Source of the DNA: a virus
Length of the DNA stretch: 59,973 nucleotides
Strand: one strand, 5' to 3'
Virus record (IMG/VR): IMGVR_UViG_3300045988_079322
Made by a program: the position numbers and the translations under genes. This document shows, piece by piece, positions 1 through 10,732 of the stretch (position 1 is the first letter of the stretch; every line of letters begins with the position of its first letter). Under the pieces are notes generated by a model, which had not been told where the DNA came from, made no database searches, and saw only the letters and a list, made by a program, of their open reading frames with translations.

Positions 1-335
1 AGTTAAAATACATTCCATGAAAATTTCTCCTTTCATTTTTAAAAAAGTACACTTTTTAACAGGAAAAATACTTTTTCTTCCTAGATAACAAAAAATTGGG
101 AAAAGGGTAAGAAACCCTTTTCCCAAAAGTGAGTATCTTACTCTTTTCAAATATACTTGAAAAAGAGTATAGATTGATTATATATGTTTGACCAAGTTCA
201 GTAAAGTGTACTTTTTCTCGGAAATTGTTTATGGCTTTCTAAAAGACTGGAGCGAAGATCGCTTCCATCCTCGACCTTCTATCTAGTAGTTTAGATTTGT
301 TTGAAACAATAGCTAGATAGAAGGAGGTAAATAAT

Positions 336-2102
336 TTGCCTAAATGTATTTTAGCTGAATAGGGTGGAAAAGGTGGAGGTTCTCTTTCTCTTATAAAAAT
401 TGAAGTAACCACTCCCCCTACTAAAACGAGCTATCTTGCTGGTGACACTTTTAATCCCGCGGGAATGGTAGTCACCGCATCTTACGGCATGGACGGCGTT
501 ATTGTAACAACAGCAGAAGTAACTGGGTATCAAGTTACTCCAAACCCTTTAACTGATGGGGTTACTAAAGTAACAATTACTTACTCTGAATTAGGAGAAA
601 CTTGTTAGACCACTCAAGACATTACTGTTATTCATAAACTTCTTAGTATTTAGGTTACTACTAACCCAACTAAGACAACTTATGAATATGGAGACACTCT
701 CCAAACAACAGGAATGGTAGTTACAGCAAGTTATTCTGATAGTACATCATCCGCGGTTACCGGGTATAGTTGCTCTCCAACGTCATTAACTGCGGTTGGC
801 ACCTAGAAAATTACTGTTTCTTACACAGAAAATGGAGTAACTCAGTCTGCTTCTTTCAGTGTTACTGTTGAAAGAAAATCGGTGCCGAAACCAACATGGA
901 AGAATAATCTTACCTATACTGGTAGTAGCCAATCAGTAAGTGGTGCTTCCTATTGGAATAACTTTAATACCACTTATATGACGATTGGCGGGACAACTTC
1001 CGCGACTAACGCTGGAACCTATACTGCTACTTTCACACTAAATAGTAATTATAGATGGGCTGATGGAACTACATCAAATCTTGATGTAAACTGGACTATC
1101 AATAAAGCTGCTGGGACTTTAACAGTAAGTCCAACTTCTGTAGCTCTTGATGGAGATAACTATAGTGCAGGCGTAAAAGTTACTATTACCCGTCCTGGAG
1201 ATGGAGCTATTAGTTATAGCCCAACTAGCGTTTCTGGCTTAACTTTATCTTTAAGTGGGAACGTTCTTACAATTAAAGGCGACGGTAGTACAGCTATTTC
1301 TTCTACAACTATTACTATCAAGGTTGCAGCAGGAACTAACTATACGGCTCCAAGTAATAAAACTGTTACAGTAACAGCTAGCTATTGGGAGTGGGGATCT
1401 GAAACTGCTGTTGGTGATGCTAAATGGTGGGCTGGATTAAAAACATGGGCCGCTAAGGCATCATCTGGAGAGCGACAAAATTGCGTAGGTAAGACTAAAA
1501 GAGTAAGTTTATCATCTTCTGTTTTAGGTGGTAATCAAGTATTAATGAGATGCGTTGGCGCAGATTAGGATGGAACAGGAACTTTAGCTTTTAATGCTGT
1601 CTCCGCTCTTCCTAATTCTACAGATTTTGGTAGCAATGCAGTATGGATTGGATCAACTGCTAGAGATCTATGTCAAGATTTCTATAACCGCTGTAGCGCG
1701 AAAGATTCTATTAAGACAGTAAAGAAGGGTACTTGTCCTAGTACAAATAGCTCTAGAAATGGTTCTGTAACCTATAATGATGAAACAGTATTCTTATTAT
1801 CCGAAAGAGAATACGGATTAGATTCTTACTCTCCTATCTCCACTTCAAACAGTACTACCTCTAAAGCAGAGTGTACTCAAGGTTATAATGCTGCGTATAG
1901 TTACTACATAAGCAACTCTAGAAGGGTTATGTACTTAGGAGATGCAAACGGTAATCCAACTAGCTCATATGCGTATCAATGGGAGAGGTCCCGTTACTAC
2001 TCCAACTCGGACTACGTTTGCTCTGTCGACACCGATGGATCTGCGAACCGCAACCGCTACGCCAACAGCGGCGGGCTCGCGCCGGCTTTCGTTATCGGAT
2101 AA
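336..2102 (+). CDS. DGR target protein, about 588 aa if read from TTG 336: N-terminal bacterial Ig-like (Big_2-type) repeats and a C-terminal variable region. About 6 in-frame TAG codons are read as sense. Start is uncertain; the ORF-track fragment is 882..1568.
   Basis: AGGAGG Shine-Dalgarno at 322-327, 8 nt before TTG 336. A single frame runs to TAA 2100-2102. Repeated motifs TKITVSYTENGVTQSASFSVTV and TKVTITYSELGET are typical of Ig-like domains. The VR lies in the last 40 codons. Confidence 0.55.
1987..2085 (+). repeat. DGR variable region (VR), 99 bp, inside the 3' end of the target gene
   Basis: Aligns base-for-base with 2710-2808. All of about 22 mismatches fall where the downstream copy has A. 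Ends with the GC-rich GGGCTCGCGCCGG, which resembles an IMH element. Confidence 0.85.
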
Positions 2103-2183
2103 CACAATAAAATAACAATTCGGGACAGTTAAGATTAAATTGTCCAACTAAAATTTTATATATTCAAGTGAGGGAGATTTTAA

Positions 2184-2522
2184 ATGTCTGTAAAAGTAAA
2201 AGATAGACACATATCAAAGCAAGATTGTCTTTATAAAGCACGCGACCTAATGGGATATATTTTAGTCTTAACTCGTCCTAGAGAATATGATAAGGATGGA
2301 AAACAAATTTGTAAGCCTGGACTGCTTGGAGAGGGTCAACCTCTTCAAGCGTTCGGGTACGATATAATTAAGTGCGGAAAGGGCTTATATGCTTGCTGTT
2401 ATGAGGCATGTAAGATAAACTTGAAAGACAAAGAAACCCTTGCAAAGAGAAATGACTATCATAATAAAGCACTAGAATATTGTGATAGTATATTTCGACA
2501 AATCGACCTATGTATTTATTAG
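2184..2522 (+). CDS. Small basic protein (112 aa) in the Avd (accessory variability determinant) position between target/VR and TR
   Basis: Intact ORF. Its size and synteny match the usual target-avd-TR-RT arrangement of a DGR. No sequence motif was recognised by eye. Confidence 0.4.
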   Translation: MSVKVKDRHISKQDCLYKARDLMGYILVLTRPREYDKDGKQICKPGLLGEGQPLQAFGYDIIKCGKGLYACCYEACKINLKDKETLAKRNDYHNKALEYCDSIFRQIDLCIY

Positions 2523-2709
2523 TATGCTCAGAACAGCAAAAAGAAAAGACGCTCTTTTGAACATCTAGCTAGATTGACAAAGAGAGTAAAAGAGTCAATC
2601 CAAGATAGAAAAAATAGAGATAAACTTATAACAGAGCATAGATATTCAGCTCCTAAGAGATATAGGAGAGGTCGATAATATTTTTCTACGGTTAAGTTCT
2701 GTATCTTTC

Positions 2710-2808
2710 GGTCCCGTAACTACAACAACTCGAACAACGTTTGCAATGTCAACAACGATGGATCTGCGAACAACAACAACTACAACAACAGCAACGGGCT
2801 CGCGCCGG
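2710..2808 (+). repeat. DGR template repeat (TR), adenine-rich (AAC/AAT repeats)
   Basis: 99-bp near-identical copy of the VR. Every TR/VR difference sits at a TR adenine, the hallmark of A-specific mutagenic retrohoming. The 3' end GGGCTCGCGCCGG is shared, then the sequences diverge (IMH versus IMH*-like). Confidence 0.85.
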
Positions 2809-3119
2809 ATTAGATGGAGCTATCATGTTGCGAGTTAAGCTGCGGAGCAGCGCAAACGAGCAACGCCTAAATAGTACCCCGGAGTATATTATTATCCATC
2901 TAATTAAGGTTTACTCTGGATTGCACTCACTTTATGTGGGGAAGAGATTGAGAGACCATTAAAGAGCTTTGCTCTACAACTATCGAATAATATACTATAG
3001 GTAGATCTGCCTTTTCATCTAAGGAGAACTTAACCATTTCACTGAAAAAGTGGATAAAGTAAGACTGTAGACGTGGAGCTCGAGTAGCTACCACTATAGC
3101 TACATGATAAGGAGAAAGT

Positions 3120-4337
3120 ATGTCTGAAATAAAACAAGATACTGCTTTCGAGCGTTTTTGTAGTTTTGACGCTATGTATGAGGCGTCTTATAAGGTATGT
3201 CGAAACGTTCGATGGAAAGATAGTACAATTAATTTTGAAGAGAATAGGATAGAAACAATTTTAAAAACAGAAGCTGACCTGCGAGCGTGTGAATACGAAC
3301 AGCTTGTGTTTAGTTGTTTTTCGATAATCGAACGAGGCAAACCAAGAGATATAAGAGCGTGTCATATCAACGACAGACTGGTACAAAATGCGTTATGTGA
3401 ACAAGTTTTGCTACCAGAATTAACTCCTAGATTTATCTATGATAATTGTGCAACCCTAAAAGGAAAGGGAATAGACTTCGCTCTGGAAAGAGTTAAGAAA
3501 CATCTCCAATAGGCTCATAAAGAGTATGGGTTAGGAAAAGATTTTTATGGATTAAGAATTGATATACAGAAATATTTTGATTCTATTGACCATGAATCTT
3601 TAAAGAAAGCAGCTAAACGGCTAATAAAAGATAAACTTGTTTATTAGTTATGTTGTTACTTGATAGATACATTTTCTTTTAAGCTAACAAAAGACACTTC
3701 GCCTATACCCGGTAAAATATATTACACAAGTAAGCGACACAAGTATGAAAGAGTTAATGTTACTCATTTCTAGCCTGGTCGTAAGTATTATGAATATGAA
3801 AGAAAGAGCCTGGGATTAGGAAGTCAAACGTCACAATTATTCGCATTGCTAGCATTGAACGAAATTGACCACTTCATAAAAGAAGAGTTACATATTAAGT
3901 ATTATGGTCGTTATATGGATGATTTATACTTGCTCCATAATGACAGTAAATACTTGGCCGAATGTGAGAAACAAATAGAAATTCGCTTAAATAAACAAGG
4001 ATTAAAGATGAATAAGAAGAAAACTACTATCACTAGAATTTCTCCTATTCACGCAGATGGCGAACGCCACGCTCCTTTTAAATATTTAAAGTGGAATTTT
4101 CATCTCACAGAAACTAATCATATAATACAACTTCCTTTCAAGAAAAAAGTAGCTCATCAGCGCAGAAAACTAAAGAAAATGTAGGCTTTATGGTTAGATA
4201 ATAAAATTTCAACTGAAGAAGTTTAGAAATCTTATTAGGGCTGGAGGGCGCATATTTCTAAAGGAACTTGCTTTTATATAATTCAGGACATGGACAATTA
4301 TTTTCGTTCATTATTCAAAGGAGTTGAAATAAAGTAA
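3120..4337 (+). CDS. DGR reverse transcriptase, about 405 aa, with 6 in-frame TAG read as sense
   Basis: RT motifs appear in order: FYGLRIDIQKYFDSIDHESL (motif A-like), GLGSQTSQLFALLALNEIDHF (motif B-like) and YGRYMDDLYLL (YxDD, motif C). The motifs continue uninterrupted across TAG codons at 3510, 3645 and 3771. TAA at 4335-4337. Confidence 0.85.
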
Positions 4338-4999
4338 TGTATATTCTATTAAATAGAGAGAATATAGTAGTTGATATTCTTTCAGAAGCACGTTACATTA
4401 AACTGCAATCCTCAAATGGTATTGTCGTTGCCTGCGAGGAAGAAGAGGGAACTGGGGTTATCGGCTCAGATAGTGATACTCATTACACTCTAGTCAAAGC
4501 CGATGTATTAAATCAACCTAATGCTGTTACAGTATTAGAGTTGGAAACAATTCCATCAAACGTCATTCCTAACTATTCAAAGTATAATCAAGAAGATGGT
4601 ACTTTCATCGCTGATTTAGATTAGGCAAAATATGATAAACAAGAGGAAAACAAGAAACTATTCGCAGAGTATCTTGCTACCCACCCGTTAACTTGGGTCG
4701 ATGGAAAAGAATATGGAATTACGTAGGAGGACCAATCTGAGATTAGCTTAAATCTCAATCAATTCTAGGTGGCTGTAGCTGCTGAAGTAGAAAATCCTAC
4801 GCTTGAGTGGCACGCTCGACACGAAGAGTGTGTACCATGGACTTTAGAGCAATTATCCGCTCTAAGTTTAGCTATTTCTAATGCGGTATATCCAAAATAC
4901 CACTTAATGCAAGAATATAAAACCTAGATATTTGGAGCTAATTCAATAGATGAATTAAAAGCTATTGAATTGAGTTATGAAGACACAGACAGCGAATAA
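4337..4999 (+). CDS. Tail-fibre-associated protein; the C-terminal part resembles the DUF4376/XkdW-like domain (tentative). About 220 aa with 4 in-frame TAG.
   Basis: ATG overlaps the RT stop (TAATG). A coherent reading frame passes through TAG codons at 4622, 4727, 4769 and 4925, ending at TAA 4997-4999. Confidence 0.4.
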
Positions 5000-5435
5000 A
5001 AATATAATTCTATTCGTAGTAGGAGGAACTCTATATTACAGTATAGAGTTCCTCTATAAAACTTTTATTAGCCTTGGAGTTTGTCATTGGTCTATGTTTT
5101 TGCTAGGTGGCTTATGCTTTCTATTAATTGGACTAATGAATGAGAATATTCTTTGGGAAGAATCTATCTTAACTCAAGGAGTAAAAGGATCTTTAATTAT
5201 AACTGCTTTAGAATTAATTTTTGGATTAGTTTTAAATATAAGACTAGGTTTAGGTATTTGGGATTATTCTAACATTCCACTTAACTTTATGGGGCAGATT
5301 TGCTTGCCCTTCTCTATTGCATGGTTCTTCTTGAGCCTTTTAGCAATAGTGTTAGATGATTACCTTAGATGGAAATGGTTTGGAGAAGAAAAACCGCATT
5401 ATCACTTATACAGTAGACCTCCTTGCGAGGAATAA
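4977..5435 (+). CDS. Small integral membrane protein, 152 aa, about 4 hydrophobic helices
   Basis: Intact ORF. Strongly hydrophobic segments, for example LFVVGGTLYYSIEFLY and LLGGLCFLLIGL. Lies immediately before the convergent bidirectional terminator. Confidence 0.45.
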   Translation: MKTQTANKNIILFVVGGTLYYSIEFLYKTFISLGVCHWSMFLLGGLCFLLIGLMNENILWEESILTQGVKGSLIITALELIFGLVLNIRLGLGIWDYSNIPLNFMGQICLPFSIAWFFLSLLAIVLDDYLRWKWFGEEKPHYHLYSRPPCEE

Positions 5436-5436
5436 A

Positions 5437-5480
5437 AAAAATAGGGAGAACCTTAATTAAAAGGTTCTCCCTATTTTTTT
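5437..5480. terminator. Bidirectional intrinsic terminator between the convergent plus and minus gene blocks
   Basis: Perfect hairpin AAAAATAGGGAGAACC-TTAATTAAAA-GGTTCTCCCTATTTTT with A/T runs on both sides. Confidence 0.6.
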
Positions 5481-6262
5481 TATTTTACATCAATAATAAC
5501 AATAGCAATATCGCTTTCTGGTTTATCTTTTGTGTAGAAAGTGATTCCAGATCCTACAGTTGCATCAGCATGATCAATTTTACTATATTCCTCTAAATTA
5601 GAAGTATAAGTAATGATAGGTGGCACATTTCCCGCTTTTCCGCAAGTTAAAGCAGTATTAGAGTATGTCTATGTATACATATCTCCGTTCAATACCCATG
5701 ATGCCGCGGCAAGAGTGGTTGTATAAGCTACAGATGTGCTACCAGTAATTTGGTTATCTGTTTCTGACTTGCTATATACATCCAAATTAGTTCTGGCTTG
5801 CGCGGCTGTCGTGCCTCCAGTTCCTCCAACCTAGATTGGAAGTGTACCAAATGTAGGTGCACCCGCAGTAATCGCGTATAAAGCACCAGCACCTTGTAAA
5901 CCAGCCACACCATTTTCCGCATTTCCGATTACTAAACTGCCGGCTGCAATTTCAATCATTTTTAATGCTTCTGTTCCATTTCCTACTAGCAAAGCATTAA
6001 CAGTTAATGTATCATGTCCAGTTCCACCCTACGCTACAGTAGCAGTCATATTTTTAAGAAAAATGTCGTCAATATCAATTTCAGTAACATTATTCTTTAA
6101 AACTTGAGCAGCATAGGCATTGACCTGTAGACGTCCGCCCTCTATATTACTTACATCAATAAATAAATTTCCTGTGTCCTCGCAGAAATAGGCGTATCCT
6201 TCATGAAGAGGTACATCATTAAGATCCTCTTCTGCGCCTTTAAAAATCTTAAATAAAGCCAT
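5480..6262 (-). CDS. Tail fibre or structural protein, about 260 aa, 3 in-frame TAG
   Basis: AAAGGAGGG Shine-Dalgarno followed by ATG 6260-6262. Translation continues through TAG at 6029, 5831 and 5669 in a single frame to TAA 5480-5482. Confidence 0.5.
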
Positions 6263-6295
6263 TTTAGGCCCTCCTTTATACTCTCTAAATATAAA

Positions 6296-8206
6296 TTAAG
6301 GTATTAAATCACTAAAACTTCCCCAAGATAGTAATTCTTCAATCTATGTTGCAGAATATGTCTATCTATCCTTATTTGTAATAGTTCCACCTATTAAGCT
6401 ATTAATATAGTGAATACTGTAAGTTTTATTTGTTACTTCTCCACCATCTTCACTATTATAACTATTGTCAATAAGATTAGAAATACCACCGGTTAACTAA
6501 ACTCTTCCCCACACTCCATCGGCAGCCTTATAATACCAATAAGAAGTTTCTTGATTGGTTTCATATTCTACCCATGTAATAGAGAAAATATCTTCCGCAC
6601 TAATTTCTCCGTCATAGTTTTCTTCAATATAATTTACACCATTCTATAAAGAATCTTTTAGTGTATCTGTCTCATTTATTGTATAGCTCTTAACAATATT
6701 AAGAGCTTCACCAACAGGGCCTTTTAGGTTGCCGGAATTTTTCTCCCATGTACCAGAAGATTTTAATTCATATATATTTCCGGTTTCTGTATTTAAATAT
6801 AAATCTCCAGCTTTCGCACCCTCAATAACAGTAGATGTCGTTGAATCAGAAATCTAAGTTCCAGAGTATAATTTTGATCCTCGAGGAATCTTAAAATCAA
6901 TATTCATAGTATCATCTGCTGTAATTTTATTGGATACAGAACCGGTTTCATCAATTCCAACAAAAGCAAATGAAGTTGTATATTTAACTGCGGAAGGCAG
7001 TCCAAAAACTAGTTTCCAAGCGGTTTGCTCCTCGTTGGTAAACTCCCTTGTAACTGTAGGAATTGTCGGCTCAAACTCAGAACCTTTATCTGTATATGGC
7101 TTTAATTCTGTAACTTCTATAGTAGGAAGAGGGGACTAAATACAAGCTATATACTAAAAAGTGCAAGTGGTTCCAGTTTTATTTATTACTTTATAAATAA
7201 AACCAGTTGGTGCATTAATGTAATAATCACCAACATTATAATCCGCAAAAGAATCATTAGCTTCTTCGTAAGTCCCTTCTGTCCTCTCGCCTAATAACTC
7301 GCCATAATAAAACTTAACCGCTTCTGGTAAACTAAATTTCAATACTGGCACATTAATATTCGAATCATCTATTATTACAGATGGGTTCTCCTCGGGTCCC
7401 ACTACCGTAGTTTCTGGATCTCCCATCACCTAACTTTGAGGCAAGAAGAAATTAATAATTGGATTGTTTATATCATCAAAATTTATTTCAAATCTAGGTT
7501 TTTCATTAGCATCTAAAGTTGTAGTAATACCTTCCTATAATGACTAAGATACAGGTAGATAAAACTTAATTGCCGGTTTGTTGATAGAATAATCTCCTGA
7601 AACTTCTAAAGATACTCTTGGATTTTCACCTACATCTAATAATTCTACTAATGCAGTATTAATTACCTAAGATTGCGGTAAGGACAACTTTAAGCTAGGA
7701 TTATTTATATCGGTTGTGTCTAAAGACGCTTCTGGAAGTTCATTACAATCCAGAATAGTAGTCTCTCCTAACTAGATATTCTAACTCTATGGTAACTGAA
7801 AAGTAAGCCAAAGTCTATCTAGATCGGTATTATCCCAAACCACGTTTGGATCTTCATCTGCATCCAAGACTTCTGTGTCATTTAAGCTAATTCTTGGTGT
7901 ATTACCAGTCATGGAAGCTATCATCTTATAGTATAGGCCGCCCGCAGATCCGCTTCCATCTTTATCATTATAACATTTTTGCCAAAGAGTAGAGTTATAG
8001 CTTTTCCCATAATTCTATAAATCTTCATTCTTATAAATATCATAGTTTGTATCGCTTGGCAAACCATATGATACAACAACGAGATCACCTGGGAAGATAG
8101 AAGATGTCCAACCCTTTGATAAATCTCTATCCATCTAATATTTGCTAGTAAAGATTTCCTTAATATCAAAATCTCTACCTTTAGGTCCTCCATAGAAACT
8201 TTCCAT
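6296..8206 (-). CDS. Tail structural protein, about 636 aa, with internal tandem repeats; each repeat carries a TAG codon at the equivalent position
   Basis: GGAGGTG Shine-Dalgarno then ATG 8204-8206. Repeated units ...NPxLxFxLPQS-TAG-V... appear four times in the hand translation (not enumerated by coordinate). TAA at 6296-6298. Confidence 0.5.
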
Positions 8207-8236
8207 AGTTTGACACCTCCTTATACATAGATAAAA

Positions 8237-10732
8237 TCAATAATAACATTATACAAATCCTAATAGTTCTCTGGAGCATCAATATTATCAGGATTGGGTA
8301 ACACATATATACCGTTTACACCCTAATTATACAAACTTAATGCTGTCTAATAAGCCTCTATATAGGTAGTCTAAATATTATTATATGAATCCCAGTAAGC
8401 TCTATATCCCTCTGGATCTGTATCCGGGTCTGGCATAACTGGATTTTCTTTATAAAATTGTTCCAAATCGTCTGCTCGTTTTTTATCCGCAGCCTACATT
8501 CCTTCAGTTCCCTACTCAATCGCCTACTAGGAGGCTTCTTCATCTTTTTCATACTTTCTAGGTCTAATAAAATACATATTAGTAATAGCTATGTCATCAT
8601 CTAGTTCATATATTCCAGTTCTACCAACCATAATAGTCTTTGATTCATTCATAACTATTTTTGTGCCGGCAGGAGCCTATACCCCAACTTTATTGAATTG
8701 AGAGGCTCCTACCTAGGCAATAATATCACTGAATATATTCTACCCACTAGAGACGTAGCTACCACTGTTATTATCTATTACATTATAGTATACTTGACCA
8801 ACAGTTGGCATTATCTCCTACTCCTCCTTATACTCTCGTTAATACTTCCGTTGCAGTAATGCTCATAGTTCCATTATAAGCAAGAGGCAAAGTAAACTGA
8901 GTTATCTAGTAATTTCCACTAATACCACTATTCTTATCTTCAATGTAGAGAATATTATTCGGCTCCATATAATACTTTGGTAAGCAGGTAATGGATATAG
9001 TTGTATTATAATTTAAATTCTAATACAACATTTCTCTAATCTTATCAAAACAACTTGCATTAGTAGAACTTATTGAAAATAAATCATAGTATTCAGAAGT
9101 AAGAACAAAAAATCTCTAACCTATCCCTCGATATTCTGCTATCAAGTCCTAATCAAGTCCTTCAATAAAAATAATATCAGGGGCTTCCATATTATATACG
9201 GAAGTTATATCAGAACTATTAACCACTTTAGTCCTTCTGCCTATTTCATTTATTGAATATTTTCCCATCTCTGAACCCGTATCTATAAAATCTAACCAAT
9301 AGTTCAAATTTTCTGGATTGTTAAAAACATCAGGGTTCCAATGATCGTATTCATCCCATTTCTCGTTCAATGGATCATATAAATTACGCCATTCCGCGAT
9401 TAATTCGGAATCATAGTAGTTATCATATACGCTATTAGTTACCTGCGCATTTAATGCTCTACGGTACAGCTCTTCTCGCCACTCATCACATGGAGACCCG
9501 ATTAATTTTGTTTCATATCCAGATACAGAGTAATCACTAGCTATATTATTAAAATCATATCTTACTATTAGTCCAGTTTCTTTATCACTAATAGCCCACA
9601 TATAATACCCAGCCAAATCTATAATAGGTTTGGTATCAATAGCTAAATGGTATCTAATGTCCACTTCTACATCAGATGTAGTTTTTCTTTTACCCCAAAC
9701 ATAAAAATCATTTTTAATATTATCAAACTTTGGACTGCGGGTTATCGCAGTCGTGGTATCAAGCTCGGTTAAAGAATATAAGAATTTAGCATTATTATAA
9801 CTCTTTACATAGTTTGCTGGCGTAAGTTCAGTTAAAGGGCTTCCAGTATTAAGATAGTTCTTTATCTCCTAAAAGATAAAACGACCGTTTATATCATAGA
9901 AATATTCAAAATTTCCAAGAACATCCACTATCTTATCTAGTAATGCAGTTACAGTATCACCAGCATCTAAAATCAATTCACCGGGATATGTAAATTCTGT
10001 TTCTTTATATCCAGCATCCTATCCATAGCTTACCATATGCGGGAAGTCTGAGCTGGGAGAGAAATCCATACTCTCATAATTATTACTAAAATATACTGGT
10101 TTGTCACCAATATACTTAACCAACATTTTACAGGTTTCCTCTATATCTGTAATAATTATATTCTCTATAGCTTCCCCTCCCCAGTGGTTTACCGCTTCAT
10201 ATATAATCTGGAATATGGTCGGATATACAATCTCTATATCTCCATCATTCTTCTATATGTAACTTTCATGGAGGGTAATAGAACCTGGAAAGGTACCTCC
10301 CGCAGTTCCATCTAATAAACACATCTTATCTTTTCCATTTATAGAAATTGTCCATCCAGAAGTCGATCTTGCTATTGATGCATTAGACAAGACAAATAGT
10401 CCGCAAGGAAACCAAATTATATCTCCATAACTAGAATAAGATCTTAAGGGGTTATTATATCCAACAAACACTTTAACCTTTTTGTTTATCGAAATCTCGT
10501 TATCTATATTCTCTATATCGCTATTATTTCCATCGGCTAGCATAGTTAAACTAATTGTTCTGCGCACTGAAGATGAACCATTAACACTTAAACTTCCTGC
10601 TGTTATGCGACCTTGTATCTCTCTAATAGGTTTTTCATCGAAAGAAAGCAAAATAATTTTCGCATAATGGGTTTTAATGTTTAACTTATCAAGGGCAGTA
10701 AGAAATTCCATATCGTTTAAATAATCAAACAT
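8237..10732 (-). CDS. Baseplate or distal tail structural protein, about 831 aa, multiple in-frame TAG
   Basis: ATG 10730-10732. ORF-track fragments 10253..10732 and 9149..9664 share one frame. The first in-frame TGA is at 8237-8239. Confidence 0.4.

Noticed and set aside
351-533. ORF-track 60-aa minus-strand ORF
   Set aside because: Lies antisense inside the Ig-like repeat region of the DGR target gene. No Shine-Dalgarno and non-protein-like composition.
1965-2147. ORF-track 60-aa minus-strand ORF
   Set aside because: Sits exactly on the DGR VR, antisense to the target gene. An artefact of the repeat.
2741-2962. ORF-track 73-aa plus-strand ORF rich in Gln/Asn
   Set aside because: It is the adenine-rich template repeat read as protein (AAC/CAA runs). 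It is the noncoding TR of the DGR.
5728-5922. 64-aa minus-strand ORF (and 7921..8193)
   Set aside because: Wrong-frame ORFs overlapping TAG-containing genes that have proper Shine-Dalgarno/ATG starts. Sequence composition is not protein-like.
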